Below, piece after piece: positions 1 to 10,593 of a DNA stretch of 64,000 nucleotides. The position numbers and the translations under genes are program-made. Location: assembly GCF_030384885.1 (NCBI RefSeq), contig NZ_CP128613.1, one strand, 5' to 3'. The notes beneath the pieces were generated by a model. The model saw only the letters and a list, made by a program, of their open reading frames with translations, did no database searches and was not told the origin of the DNA. This DNA comes from Escherichia coli. GTDB taxonomy: Bacteria > Pseudomonadota > Gammaproteobacteria > Enterobacterales > Enterobacteriaceae. The stretch's first letter is position 1. Each line of letters opens with the position of its first letter.

Positions 1-35
1 AATGATACTTAAATAAATTTCATCAGTAAATCATT

Positions 36-54
36 GCCATAGATAATCATTGGA
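36..54 (+). promoter_or_regulatory. Fur-box-like site upstream of yddA (core GATAATCATT at 42-51)
   Basis: Sequence ATAGATAATCATTGGATGG resembles the Fur consensus GATAATGATAATCATTATC; sits about 25-40 nt upstream of the yddA ATG; a further AATGATA half-site is at 1-7. Confidence 0.35.
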
Positions 55-75
55 TGGCACAATCAATTTCCGCTA

Positions 76-1761
76 ATGATAACCATTCCCATTACGTTTT
101 GTATGTTGATAGCAAAGTATCTCTGTCTGCTGAAGCCCTTTTGGCTGCGTAAGAATAATAAAACTTCAGTGTTGTTAATCATTATTATCCTCGCCATGAT
201 CCTTGGCGTGGTTAAAATTCAGGTCTGGTTAAACGACTGGAATAATGATTTTTTCAATGCGCTAAGCCAGAAAGAAACTGATAAGCTTTGGCAGCTTATC
301 CTTTGGTTCCCTGCCCTGCTGGGGATCTTTGTATTAATATCCGTAAACAAAACGTGGCTAATTAAACTACTGACTATTCGCTGGCGCGAATGGTTAACGG
401 ATTACTACCTTAATCGCTGGTTTGCAGATAAAAACTACTACTTCACGCAGATCTACGGCGAGCATAAAAATACAGATAACCCTGACCAACGTATCGCTGA
501 AGACATTCTCTTACTGATCAGCAAAACGCTCAGCCTTTCATTTGGTTTCATCCAGTCACTGAGCATGCTGATCACCTTTACCGTTATTCTTTGGCAAAGC
601 GCGGGTACGCTCTCATTCACTGTTGGTGAAACTGAATGGAGTATCCAGGGGTATATGGTCTATACCGTCGTGCTCATTGTGATCGGTGGAACTTTATTTA
701 CCCATAAGGTTGGTAAACGTATTCGTCCACTTAATGTGGAAAAACAACGTAGCGAAGCGACATTTCGAACTAATCTTGTGCAGCATAATAAGCAGGCAGA
801 ACTGATTGCGCTAAGCAATGCTGAGTCTCTACAACGCCAGGAGTTGAGCGAAAATTTTCATACCATTAAAGAGAACTGGCATCGTTTAATGAATCGTCAG
901 CGGTGGCTTGATTACTGGCAGAATATTTATTCGCGCTCGCTTAGCGTTCTTCCCTACTTTCTGTTATTGCCGCAGTTTATTAGCGGACAGATCAATCTGG
1001 GCGGACTGATGAAATCACGCCAGGCATTTATGCTGGTATCGAACAATTTAAGCTGGTTTATTTATAAATATGATGAACTTGCTGAACTGGCTGCGGTTAT
1101 CGATCGCTTGTATGAGTTCCATCAACTCACCGAACAGCGCCCTACGAATAAGCCTAAAAATTGCCAACATGCGGTACAAGTGGCTGACGCGAGTATTCGT
1201 ACTCCTGATAATAAGATCATATTAGAGAACCTGAACTTTCATGTTTCGCCAGGCAAATGGCTATTGCTGAAAGGTTACTCTGGTGCGGGAAAAACCACAC
1301 TGCTTAAAACATTATCCCACTGCTGGCCGTGGTTTAAAGGTGATATTTCTTCTCCTGCTGACAGTTGGTATGTGTCACAAACACCGTTAATCAAAACCGG
1401 CTTACTGAAAGAGATTATTTGTAAAGCACTTCCCCTGTCCGTAGACGATAAATCGTTGAGCGAAGTACTGCATCAGGTTGGTCTGGGGAAATTGGCTGCG
1501 CGTATTCATGATCACGATCGCTGGGGAGATATTCTTTCCAGCGGCGAAAAACAACGTATCGCCCTGGCTCGATTAATTTTACGACGTCCGAAATGGATAT
1601 TTCTTGACGAAACTACCTCTCATCTTGAGGAACAAGAGGCTATCCGCTTACTGCGTTTAGTGCGAGAACAACTCCCCTCAAGCGGCGTCATTATGGTCAC
1701 ACATCAACCTGGTGTCTGGAGCCTGGCTGATGATATTTGCGACATTAGCGCGGTTTTATAA
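76..1761 (+). CDS. yddA: ABC transporter, fused permease/ATPase (561 aa)
   Basis: Full-length ORF; Walker A GYSGAGKTT, ABC signature SSGEKQR and Walker B WIFLDE in the C-terminal half; hydrophobic N-terminal half; matches remembered E. coli YddA. Confidence 0.9.
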   Translation: MITIPITFCMLIAKYLCLLKPFWLRKNNKTSVLLIIIILAMILGVVKIQVWLNDWNNDFFNALSQKETDKLWQLILWFPALLGIFVLISVNKTWLIKLLTIRWREWLTDYYLNRWFADKNYYFTQIYGEHKNTDNPDQRIAEDILLLISKTLSLSFGFIQSLSMLITFTVILWQSAGTLSFTVGETEWSIQGYMVYTVVLIVIGGTLFTHKVGKRIRPLNVEKQRSEATFRTNLVQHNKQAELIALSNAESLQRQELSENFHTIKENWHRLMNRQRWLDYWQNIYSRSLSVLPYFLLLPQFISGQINLGGLMKSRQAFMLVSNNLSWFIYKYDELAELAAVIDRLYEFHQLTEQRPTNKPKNCQHAVQVADASIRTPDNKIILENLNFHVSPGKWLLLKGYSGAGKTTLLKTLSHCWPWFKGDISSPADSWYVSQTPLIKTGLLKEIICKALPLSVDDKSLSEVLHQVGLGKLAARIHDHDRWGDILSSGEKQRIALARLILRRPKWIFLDETTSHLEEQEAIRLLRLVREQLPSSGVIMVTHQPGVWSLADDICDISAVL

Positions 1762-1798
1762 AAACAATAAAAGCCCTGCTGTACGGAGATAAAAATAA

Positions 1799-4171
1799 AT
1801 GAAGCGAGTTCTTATTCCTGGCGTCATTTTATGTGGCGCTGATGTGGCGCAGGCTGTCGATGACAAAAATAAGTACATGCCTGTTTTTGAAGAGATGACG
1901 GTCCATGCGCCTGTCCCTGTGCCTGTAAACGGGAACACGCATTACACCAGTGAAAGTATAGAGCGCCTACCGACCGGGAATGGCAATATCAGCGATCTAC
2001 TGAAAACCAACCCCGCGGTGCGCATGGATACAACGCAAAGTACTTCGTTGAACCTGGGAGATATTCGCCCGGAGAAAATCTCTATTCACGGTGCATCGCC
2101 CTATCAGAATGCCTATCTGATTGACGGTATAAGTGCAACTAACAACTTGAACCCGGCGAATGAGTCCGATGCCAGTAGTGCAACCAATATTAGCGGGATG
2201 TCACAGGGGTATTATCTGGATGTCAGCTTACTGGACAATGTGACACTTTATGACAGTTTTGTGCCGGTTGAATTTGGCCGCTTCAATGGCGGGGTAATTG
2301 ACGCAAAGATCAAACGTTTCAATGCTGATGATAGTAGCGTGAAACTGGGTTATCGTACTACGCGGTCGGACTGGTTAACATCGCATCTCGATGAGAATAA
2401 CAAAAGCGCATTTAATCAAGGTTCTTCAGGAAGTACTTATTACTCTCCAGATTTTAAAAAGAACTTTTATACTTTGGCGTTTAATCAGGATCTCGCCGAT
2501 AACTTTGGCGTTACCGCCGGTTTATCCCGTCGCCAGTCTGATATTACCCGCGCGGATTATGTTTCGAATGACGGTATTGTCGCTGGTCGGGCACAGTATA
2601 AAAACGTTATCGATACTGCATTGAGCAAATTTACGTGGTTTGCCAGCGATCGTTTTACCCACGACTTAACCTTAAAATATACCGGCTCCAGTCGTGATTA
2701 TAATACCAGCACCTTCCCGGAGTCTGATCGCGAAATGGGTAATAAATCCTATGGTCTGGCATGGGATATGGATACGCAGTTCGCGTGGGCCAAACTGCGT
2801 ACCACGGTTGGTTGGGATCATATTAGTGATTATACCCGTCACGACCATGACATCTGGTTCACCGAACTTTCATGTACATATGGTGATATTTCAGGGCGTT
2901 GCACCCGTGGCGGATTAGGACACATTTCCCAGGCTGTAGATAATTACACCTTCAAAACACGCCTTGACTGGCAAAAATTCGCCGTGGGTAATGTTTCGCA
3001 TCAACCCTACTTCGGCGCGGAATACATCTATTCCGATGCATGGACTGAACGCCATAACCAGTCTGAATCCTATGTGATTAATGCTGCCGGAAAGAAAACT
3101 AACCATACCATTTACTATAAAGGTAAAGGCAGCCTGGGAATAGACAATTACACGCTGTATATGGCGGATCGCATTAACTGGCGTAATGTGTCGTTAATGC
3201 CCGGCGTGCGGTATGACTATGATAACTATCTGTCAAACCACAATATCTCCCCGCGCTTTATGACGGAATGGGATATTTTTGCTGATCAAACCTCAATGAT
3301 TACCGCAGGTTATAACCGTTACTATGGCGGGAATATTCTTGATATGGGATTACGTGATATCCGCAATAGCTGGACGGAATCGGTATCAGGCAATAAAACC
3401 CTGACGCGCTATCAGGATTTGAAAACGCCTTATAACGATGAACTGGCAATGGGATTGCAGCAAAAAATCGGTAAGAACGTTATTGCGCGCGCAAACTATG
3501 TTTACCGTGAAGCGCATGATCAAATCAGCAAAAGCAGTCGTACCGACAGCGCGACTAAAACCACCATTACTGAATATAACAACGACGGTAAAACCAAAAC
3601 GCATTCGTTCAACCTCAGTTTTGAACTGGCCGAACCCCTGCATATCAGCCAGGTAGATATTAACCCGCAAATTGTCTTTAGCTATATCAAGAGCAAGGGC
3701 AACTTGTCGTTAAACAATGGTTATGAGGAGAGCAATACCGGTGATAACCGGGTGGTTTATAACGGTAATCTGGTCTCTTACGATAGCGTTCCAGTGGCGG
3801 ATTTTAATAATCCACTAAAGATCTCCTTAAACATGGATTTCACGCATCAACCGAGCGGGTTGGTGTGGGCGAATACGCTGGCCTGGCAAGAAGCGCGTAA
3901 AGCTCGCATTATCCTGGGTAAGACGAATGCGCAATACATCAGCGAATATTCAGATTACAAGCAGTATGTTGACGAAAAACTGGATAGCAGCCTGACCTGG
4001 GACACCCGCTTGTCCTGGACGCCACAATTTCTGAAACAACAAAACCTGACGATCAGTGCCGATATTCTCAATGTACTGGATAGCAAAACCGCTGTTGATA
4101 CAACGAATACCGGCGTGGCGACCTACGCCAGTGGCCGTACTTTCTGGCTTGATGTCAGCATGAAATTTTAA
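1799..4171 (+). CDS. yddB: TonB-dependent receptor-like outer membrane protein (790 aa)
   Basis: N-terminal signal peptide ending AQA; C-terminal aromatic residue (F) typical of beta-barrels; position between yddA and pqqL. Confidence 0.88.
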   Translation: MKRVLIPGVILCGADVAQAVDDKNKYMPVFEEMTVHAPVPVPVNGNTHYTSESIERLPTGNGNISDLLKTNPAVRMDTTQSTSLNLGDIRPEKISIHGASPYQNAYLIDGISATNNLNPANESDASSATNISGMSQGYYLDVSLLDNVTLYDSFVPVEFGRFNGGVIDAKIKRFNADDSSVKLGYRTTRSDWLTSHLDENNKSAFNQGSSGSTYYSPDFKKNFYTLAFNQDLADNFGVTAGLSRRQSDITRADYVSNDGIVAGRAQYKNVIDTALSKFTWFASDRFTHDLTLKYTGSSRDYNTSTFPESDREMGNKSYGLAWDMDTQFAWAKLRTTVGWDHISDYTRHDHDIWFTELSCTYGDISGRCTRGGLGHISQAVDNYTFKTRLDWQKFAVGNVSHQPYFGAEYIYSDAWTERHNQSESYVINAAGKKTNHTIYYKGKGSLGIDNYTLYMADRINWRNVSLMPGVRYDYDNYLSNHNISPRFMTEWDIFADQTSMITAGYNRYYGGNILDMGLRDIRNSWTESVSGNKTLTRYQDLKTPYNDELAMGLQQKIGKNVIARANYVYREAHDQISKSSRTDSATKTTITEYNNDGKTKTHSFNLSFELAEPLHISQVDINPQIVFSYIKSKGNLSLNNGYEESNTGDNRVVYNGNLVSYDSVPVADFNNPLKISLNMDFTHQPSGLVWANTLAWQEARKARIILGKTNAQYISEYSDYKQYVDEKLDSSLTWDTRLSWTPQFLKQQNLTISADILNVLDSKTAVDTTNTGVATYASGRTFWLDVSMKF

Positions 4172-4215
4172 TAGTTCGGATTTTACTTAACCGGGTAAAT
4201 TCGCCCGGTTTTCGC

Positions 4216-7011
4216 ATGGAGATAATTATGAGAAACCTCTGTTTCTTACTGACGTTAATGGCAACTCTGTTGCTCCCCGGGCGACTGATTGCCGCCGCCT
4301 TACCGCAGGATGAAAAGTTAATTACCGGGCAACTGGACAATGGCTTGCGATATATGATTTATCCGCATGCTCAACCTAAGGATCAGGTAAATTTATGGCT
4401 GCAAATTCATACCGGTTCATTGCAGGAAGAAGACAATGAGCGCGGCGTGGCTCATTTTGTAGAACATATGATGTTTAACGGCACAAAAACATGGCCGGGT
4501 AATAAAGTCATCGAAACATTTGAGTCAATGGGCCTGCGTTTTGGTCGCGATGTTAATGCCTATACCAGCTATGACGAAACGGTGTATCAGGTGAGTTTGC
4601 CGACTACGCAGAAACAAAATCTGCAACAAGTGATGGCAATCTTCAGTGAATGGAGTAATGCCGCAACCTTTGAAAAACTCGAAGTAGACGCTGAACGTGG
4701 CGTAATTACTGAGGAATGGCGTGCCCATCAGGATGCGAAATGGCGCACCTCTCAGGCGCGCCGCCCTTTCCTGCTGGCAAATACCCGTAATTTAGAGCGT
4801 GAACCTATCGGCCTGATGGATACTGTCGCCACGGTCACACCGGCACAATTGCGCCAATTTTATCAACGCTGGTATCAACCAAATAATATGACCTTTATCG
4901 TGGTCGGCGATATTGACAGTAAAGAAGCGCTGGCGCTGATTAAGGATAATTTAAGTAAGCTTCCGGCTAACAAAGCAGCTGAAAATCGCGTCTGGCCGAC
5001 AAAAGCCGAAAACCACCTGCGCTTTAATATCATTAATGATAAAGAAAACCGGGTGAACGGCATCGCACTCTATTATCGCCTGCCAATGGTGCAAGTGAGC
5101 GATGAGCAAAGCTTTATCGAACAAGCTGAATGGAGCATGTTGGTTCAGCTGTTCAATCAGCGTCTGCAGGAACGCATACAGTCGGGCGAGTTGAAGACTA
5201 TTTCTGGCGGCACTGCGCGCAGCGTTAGAATTGCACCCGATTATCAGTCGCTGTTTTTCCGTGTAAATGCACGAGACGATAATATGCAGGATGCTGCGAA
5301 TGCATTAATGGCAGAGTTGGCAACTATTGATCAGCATGGTTTTTCTGCTGAAGAACTCGATGATGTCAAATCTACCCGTCTCACCTGGCTGAAAAATGCG
5401 GTTGATCAGCAAGCTGAACGTGATTTACGTATGCTGACCAGTCGCCTGGCATCCAGCTCATTAAATAATACGCCGTTCTTGTCGCCGGAAGAGACATATC
5501 AACTTTCGAAACGTCTGTGGCAGCAAATTACCGTGCAAAGTCTGGCGGAAAAATGGCAGCAGCTAAGAAAGAACCAGGACGCATTTTGGGAGCAAATGGT
5601 GAATAACGAGGTTGCAGCCAACAAAGCATTATCTCCTGCGGCTATCCTGGCGCTGGAAAAAGAGTACGCCAACAAAAAGCTGGCAGCTTACATCTTCCCT
5701 GGCAGAAATTTATCGTTAACAGTAGACGCTGACCCACAGGCGGAAATTAGCAGTAAAGAAACACTGGCTGAGAATCTGACATCATTAACACTTTCTAATG
5801 GTGCCAGGGTTATTCTGGCAAAATCAGCGGGTGAAGAGCAAAAGCTACAAATTATTGCCGTATCTAATAAAGGTGATTTAAGTTTCCCTGCGCAGCAAAA
5901 ATCACTTATCGCGCTGGCAAATAAAGCGGTGAGTGGCAGCGGCGTTGGTGATCTCTCCTCTTCCAGCCTGAAACGCTGGAGTGCGGAAAACTCGGTAACC
6001 ATGAGCAGCAAAGTCAGTGGGCTGAATACGTTGCTCTCCGTGAGCGCGCGGGCTAATAATCCTGAACCTGGTTTCCAGTTGATTAACCAGCGAATCACTC
6101 ACAGCACGATTAATGACAATATTTGGGCATCGCTACAAAATGCTCAAATTCAGGCGTTGAAAACGCTAGACCAACGTCCAGCAGAGAAATTCGCCCAGCA
6201 GATGTATGAGAAGCGCTATGCTGATGATCGTACGAAATTACTGCAAGAAAAACAGATTGCACAATTTACTGCCGCAGACGCGCTGGCAGCCGATCGCCAG
6301 TTATTTTCATCTCCAGCGGATATCACGTTTGTCGTTGTCGGTAATGTCGCAGAAGACAAACTTCTGCCGTTAATTACGCGTTACTTAGGATCAATAAAAC
6401 ACTCTGATTCGCCATTAGCCGCAGGTAAACCATTAACTCGCGCGACGGACAACGCATCGATTACTGTAGAAGAACAAAATGAACCTGTGGCACAGGTTTC
6501 ACTGTGGAATCGTTATGATTCCCGGACACCTATTAATCTGGCGACACGTATGGCGCTGGATGCCTTTAACGTTGCCCTGGCTAAAGATCTGCGCATTAAT
6601 ATTCGTGAACAGGCATCTGGGGCATACAGCGTTTCTTCTCGCCTCTCGGTTGATCCTCAGGCCAAAGATATCACCCATTTGCTGGCTTTTACTTGTCAAC
6701 CAGAACGGCATGAAGAACTGTTAGCGTTAGCGAATGAAGTGATGGTTAAGCGTCTGGCTAAAGGGATCAGTAAGCAAGAACTGAACGAATACCAGCAAAA
6801 CGTTCAGCGCAGCCTCGATATCCAACAGCGTAGCGTTCAACAATTAGCGAACACCATTGTAAATAGTCTTATTCAATATGACGATCCTGCCACATGGACT
6901 GCGCAGGAGCAATTATTGAAACAAATGACGGTAGATAATGTTAACACTACGGTTAAACAATATCTTTCTCATCCGGTGAATACCTTTACCGGAGTATTAC
7001 TACCAAAATAA
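4216..7011 (+). CDS. pqqL: Periplasmic M16-family zinc protease (931 aa)
   Basis: Signal peptide; inverted zinc motif HFVEH at the N-terminus; length and sequence match remembered PqqL. Confidence 0.9.
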   Translation: MEIIMRNLCFLLTLMATLLLPGRLIAAALPQDEKLITGQLDNGLRYMIYPHAQPKDQVNLWLQIHTGSLQEEDNERGVAHFVEHMMFNGTKTWPGNKVIETFESMGLRFGRDVNAYTSYDETVYQVSLPTTQKQNLQQVMAIFSEWSNAATFEKLEVDAERGVITEEWRAHQDAKWRTSQARRPFLLANTRNLEREPIGLMDTVATVTPAQLRQFYQRWYQPNNMTFIVVGDIDSKEALALIKDNLSKLPANKAAENRVWPTKAENHLRFNIINDKENRVNGIALYYRLPMVQVSDEQSFIEQAEWSMLVQLFNQRLQERIQSGELKTISGGTARSVRIAPDYQSLFFRVNARDDNMQDAANALMAELATIDQHGFSAEELDDVKSTRLTWLKNAVDQQAERDLRMLTSRLASSSLNNTPFLSPEETYQLSKRLWQQITVQSLAEKWQQLRKNQDAFWEQMVNNEVAANKALSPAAILALEKEYANKKLAAYIFPGRNLSLTVDADPQAEISSKETLAENLTSLTLSNGARVILAKSAGEEQKLQIIAVSNKGDLSFPAQQKSLIALANKAVSGSGVGDLSSSSLKRWSAENSVTMSSKVSGLNTLLSVSARANNPEPGFQLINQRITHSTINDNIWASLQNAQIQALKTLDQRPAEKFAQQMYEKRYADDRTKLLQEKQIAQFTAADALAADRQLFSSPADITFVVVGNVAEDKLLPLITRYLGSIKHSDSPLAAGKPLTRATDNASITVEEQNEPVAQVSLWNRYDSRTPINLATRMALDAFNVALAKDLRINIREQASGAYSVSSRLSVDPQAKDITHLLAFTCQPERHEELLALANEVMVKRLAKGISKQELNEYQQNVQRSLDIQQRSVQQLANTIVNSLIQYDDPATWTAQEQLLKQMTVDNVNTTVKQYLSHPVNTFTGVLLPK

Positions 7012-7015
7012 TGAC

Positions 7016-7049
7016 GTCCCCCGTCAACATATCGTTGGCGGGGGTTTTA
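7016..7049 (+). terminator. Rho-independent terminator after pqqL
   Basis: GC stem CCCCCGTCAAC / GTTGGCGGGGG with loop ATATC, followed by TTTT. Confidence 0.6.
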
Positions 7050-7272
7050 GCAACAGACGTTATTTTATATAATAATTTTATGAATGCGTTCAAAATAACA
7101 ACCGAGTACTAATAATGATATTTTAAGGGCTAATTTTTATGTGATAATTCACCAGAGTTAGAAAGCGCGTCAAAATAATGACATACAACACCACACTACA
7201 ACCCATTACACCCTACACTATTGTTTTTTAACGTAAATATATTTTTCCCATAATATCTCACGATAAATAACA

Positions 7273-7292
7273 TTAGGATTTTGTTATTTAAA
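7273..7292 (+). promoter_or_regulatory. GAD box (GadE/GadX-type activator site) in the gadB promoter
   Basis: Exact 20-mer TTAGGATTTTGTTATTTAAA about 80 nt upstream of the gadB ATG; matches the remembered gad box upstream of gadA/gadB. Confidence 0.6.
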
Positions 7293-7371
7293 CACAAGTC
7301 CTTTGCACTTGCTTACTTTATCGATAAATCCTACTTTTTTAATGCGATCCAATCATTTTAAGGAGTTTAAA

Positions 7372-8772
7372 ATGGATAAGAAGCAAGTAACGGATTTAAG
7401 GTCGGAATTACTCGATTCACGTTTTGGTGCGAAGTCTATTTCCACTATTGCAGAATCAAAACGATTTCCGCTGCACGAAATGCGCGATGATGTCGCATTC
7501 CAGATTATCAATGATGAGTTATATCTTGATGGCAACGCTCGTCAGAATCTGGCAACGTTCTGCCAGACCTGGGACGACGAAAATGTTCACAAGTTGATGG
7601 ATTTATCTATTAACAAAAACTGGATCGACAAAGAAGAATATCCGCAATCTGCAGCTATCGACCTGCGTTGCGTAAATATGGTTGCTGACTTGTGGCATGC
7701 GCCTGCGCCGAAAAATGGTCAGGCCGTTGGCACCAACACCATTGGCTCTTCCGAGGCCTGTATGCTCGGCGGGATGGCGATGAAATGGCGTTGGCGCAAG
7801 CGTATGGAAGCCGCAGGCAAGCCAACGGATAAACCTAATCTGGTGTGCGGCCCGGTACAAATCTGCTGGCATAAATTCGCCCGTTACTGGGATGTGGAGC
7901 TGCGTGAAATCCCTATGCGCCCCGGTCAGTTGTTTATGGACCCGAAACGCATGATTGAAGCCTGCGACGAAAACACTATCGGCGTGGTGCCGACTTTTGG
8001 CGTGACCTACACCGGTAACTATGAGTTCCCGCAACCGCTGCACGATGCGCTGGATAAATTCCAGGTCGACACCGGTATCGACATCGACATGCACATCGAC
8101 GCCGCCAGCGGTGGCTTCCTGGCACCGTTCGTCGCCCCGGATATCGTCTGGGACTTCCGCCTGCCGCGTGTGAAATCGATCAGTGCTTCAGGCCATAAAT
8201 TCGGTCTGGCTCCGCTGGGCTGCGGCTGGGTTATCTGGCGTGATGAAGAAGCGCTGCCGCAGGAACTGGTGTTCAACGTTGACTACCTCGGCGGTCAGAT
8301 TGGGACTTTCGCCATCAACTTTTCCCGCCCGGCGGGTCAGGTGATTGCACAATACTATGAATTCCTGCGCCTCGGTCGTGAAGGCTATACCAAAGTACAG
8401 AACGCTTCCTACCAGGTTGCCGCTTATCTGGCGGATGAAATCGCCAAACTGGGGCCGTATGAGTTCATCTGTACCGGTCGCCCGGACGAAGGCATCCCGG
8501 CGGTTTGCTTCAAACTGAAAGATGGTGAAGATCCGGGATACACCCTCTACGACCTCTCTGAACGTCTGCGCCTGCGCGGCTGGCAGGTTCCGGCCTTCAC
8601 TCTCGGCGGTGAAGCGACCGACATCGTGGTGATGCGCATTATGTGTCGTCGCGGCTTCGAAATGGACTTTGCTGAACTGTTGCTGGAAGACTACAAAGCC
8701 TCCCTGAAATATCTCAGCGATCACCCGAAACTGCAGGGTATTGCCCAGCAGAACAGCTTTAAACATACCTGA
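7372..8772 (+). CDS. gadB: Glutamate decarboxylase beta (466 aa)
   Basis: Protein begins [19 protein letters not shown]; the ORF-track entry 7303-8772 is over-extended at its N-terminus; ATG at 7372 is preceded by AGGAG. Confidence 0.93.
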   Translation: MDKKQVTDLRSELLDSRFGAKSISTIAESKRFPLHEMRDDVAFQIINDELYLDGNARQNLATFCQTWDDENVHKLMDLSINKNWIDKEEYPQSAAIDLRCVNMVADLWHAPAPKNGQAVGTNTIGSSEACMLGGMAMKWRWRKRMEAAGKPTDKPNLVCGPVQICWHKFARYWDVELREIPMRPGQLFMDPKRMIEACDENTIGVVPTFGVTYTGNYEFPQPLHDALDKFQVDTGIDIDMHIDAASGGFLAPFVAPDIVWDFRLPRVKSISASGHKFGLAPLGCGWVIWRDEEALPQELVFNVDYLGGQIGTFAINFSRPAGQVIAQYYEFLRLGREGYTKVQNASYQVAAYLADEIAKLGPYEFICTGRPDEGIPAVCFKLKDGEDPGYTLYDLSERLRLRGWQVPAFTLGGEATDIVVMRIMCRRGFEMDFAELLLEDYKASLKYLSDHPKLQGIAQQNSFKHT

Positions 8773-8792
8773 TAACGTTTAACGGTAACGGT

Positions 8793-8818
8793 GTCCCGAA
8801 ACGAATCCGTTTCGGGAC
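8793..8818 (+). other. Stem-loop in the gadB-gadC intergenic region, no U-tract
   Basis: Perfect inverted repeat GTCCCGAAACG-AATC-CGTTTCGGGAC; the following sequence is not T-rich, so this is more likely an mRNA processing or stability element than a terminator. Confidence 0.45.
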
Positions 8819-8927
8819 AATTTCCAAAGTCTGTTCACTGGCATTAGCAACGGAAAATATTGTTCTGAATGTGCTTCAGAACAAAACAGGTGCGGTTCCG
8901 ACAGGAATACCGTTTTAGGGGGATAAT

Positions 8928-10463
8928 ATGGCTACATCAGTACAGACAGGTAAAGCTAAACAGCTCACATTACTCGGATTCTTTGCCATAACGGCGTCGA
9001 TGGTAATGGCTGTTTATGAATACCCTACCTTCGCAACATCGGGCTTTTCATTAGTCTTCTTCCTGCTTTTAGGCGGGATTTTATGGTTTATTCCCGTGGG
9101 GCTTTGTGCTGCGGAAATGGCCACCGTCGACGGCTGGGAAGAAGGTGGTGTCTTCGCCTGGGTATCAAATACTCTGGGGCCGAGATGGGGGTTTGCAGCG
9201 ATCTCATTTGGCTATCTGCAAATCGCCATCGGTTTTATTCCAATGCTCTATTTCGTGTTAGGGGCACTCTCCTACATTTTGAAATGGCCAGCGTTGAATG
9301 AAGACCCCATTACCAAAACTATTGCAGCACTCATCATTCTTTGGGCGCTGGCATTAACACAGTTTGGTGGCACGAAATACACGGCGCGAATTGCTAAAGT
9401 TGGCTTCTTCGCCGGTATCCTGTTACCTGCATTTATTTTGATCGCATTAGCGGCTATTTATCTGCACTCCGGTGCTCCCGTTGCTATCGAAATGGATGCG
9501 AAAACCTTCTTCCCTGATTTCTCTAAAGTCGGCACCCTGGTTGTGTTTGTTGCCTTCATTTTGAGTTATATGGGGGTAGAAGCTTCCGCAACCCACGTCA
9601 ATGAAATGCGCAACCCCGGTCGCGATTATCCGCTGGCGATGTTACTGCTGATGGTGGCGGCAATCTGCTTAAGCTCTGTTGGCGGCTTGTCTATTGCGAT
9701 GGTTATTCCGGGTAATGAAATCAACCTCTCAGCAGGGGTAATGCAAACCTTTACCGTTCTGATGTCACATGTGGCACCGGAAATTGAGTGGACGGTTCGC
9801 GTGATCTCCGCACTGCTGTTGCTGGGTGTTCTGGCGGAAATCGCTTCCTGGATTGTTGGCCCTTCTCGCGGGATGTATGTCACCGCGCAGAAAAACCTGC
9901 TGCCAGCGGCGTTCGCTAAAATGAACAAAAATGGCGTACCGGTAACGCTGGTTATTTCGCAGCTGGTGATTACTACTATCGCGTTGATCATCCTCACCAA
10001 TACTGGTGGCGGTAACAATATGTCCTTCCTGATCGCCCTGGCGCTGACGGTGGTGATTTATCTGTGTGCTTATTTCATGCTGTTTATTGGCTACATTGTG
10101 TTGGTTCTTAAACATCCTGACTTAAAACGCACATTTAATATCCCTGGTGGTAAAGGGGTGAAACTGGTCGTGGCAATTGTCGGTCTGCTGACTTCAATTA
10201 TGGCGTTTATTGTTTCCTTCCTGCCGCCGGATAACATCCAGGGTGACTCTACCGATATGTATGTTGAATTACTGGTCGTTAGTTTCCTGGTGGTACTTGC
10301 CCTGCCCTTTATTCTCTATGCTGTTCATGATCGTAAAGGCAAAGCGAATACCGGCGTATCTCTGGAACCAATCAACAGCCAGAACGCACCGAAAGGTCAC
10401 TTCTTCCTGCACCCGCGTGCACGTTCACCACACCATATTGTGATGAATGACAAGAAACACTAA
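8928..10463 (+). CDS. gadC: Glutamate:GABA antiporter (511 aa)
   Basis: Polytopic membrane protein; matches remembered GadC; directly downstream of gadB. Confidence 0.92.
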   Translation: MATSVQTGKAKQLTLLGFFAITASMVMAVYEYPTFATSGFSLVFFLLLGGILWFIPVGLCAAEMATVDGWEEGGVFAWVSNTLGPRWGFAAISFGYLQIAIGFIPMLYFVLGALSYILKWPALNEDPITKTIAALIILWALALTQFGGTKYTARIAKVGFFAGILLPAFILIALAAIYLHSGAPVAIEMDAKTFFPDFSKVGTLVVFVAFILSYMGVEASATHVNEMRNPGRDYPLAMLLLMVAAICLSSVGGLSIAMVIPGNEINLSAGVMQTFTVLMSHVAPEIEWTVRVISALLLLGVLAEIASWIVGPSRGMYVTAQKNLLPAAFAKMNKNGVPVTLVISQLVITTIALIILTNTGGGNNMSFLIALALTVVIYLCAYFMLFIGYIVLVLKHPDLKRTFNIPGGKGVKLVVAIVGLLTSIMAFIVSFLPPDNIQGDSTDMYVELLVVSFLVVLALPFILYAVHDRKGKANTGVSLEPINSQNAPKGHFFLHPRARSPHHIVMNDKKH

Positions 10464-10489
10464 CCATGTCTGAATGGTAATAACACAAG

Positions 10490-10518
10490 GGAGCGATAAT
10501 TCATCGCTCCCTTTTTCA
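10490..10518 (+). terminator. Rho-independent terminator after gadC
   Basis: GGGAGCGAT-AATT-CATCGCTCCC followed by TTTTTC. Confidence 0.65.
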
Positions 10519-10593
10519 TGCCTGTTGTCGTATTGACTTAACCGGGATAAGTACGAGAATGAGCGCACATCTGTTTACCGGAAACCAGCATAT

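Noticed and set aside
7303-7371. N-terminal extension of gadB in the ORF track (489-aa ORF)
   Set aside because: The protein matches GadB from MDKKQ at 7372, which is preceded by a ribosome-binding site; the extension runs through the promoter and gad box
8188-8766. 192-aa minus-strand ORF
   Set aside because: Antisense to gadB
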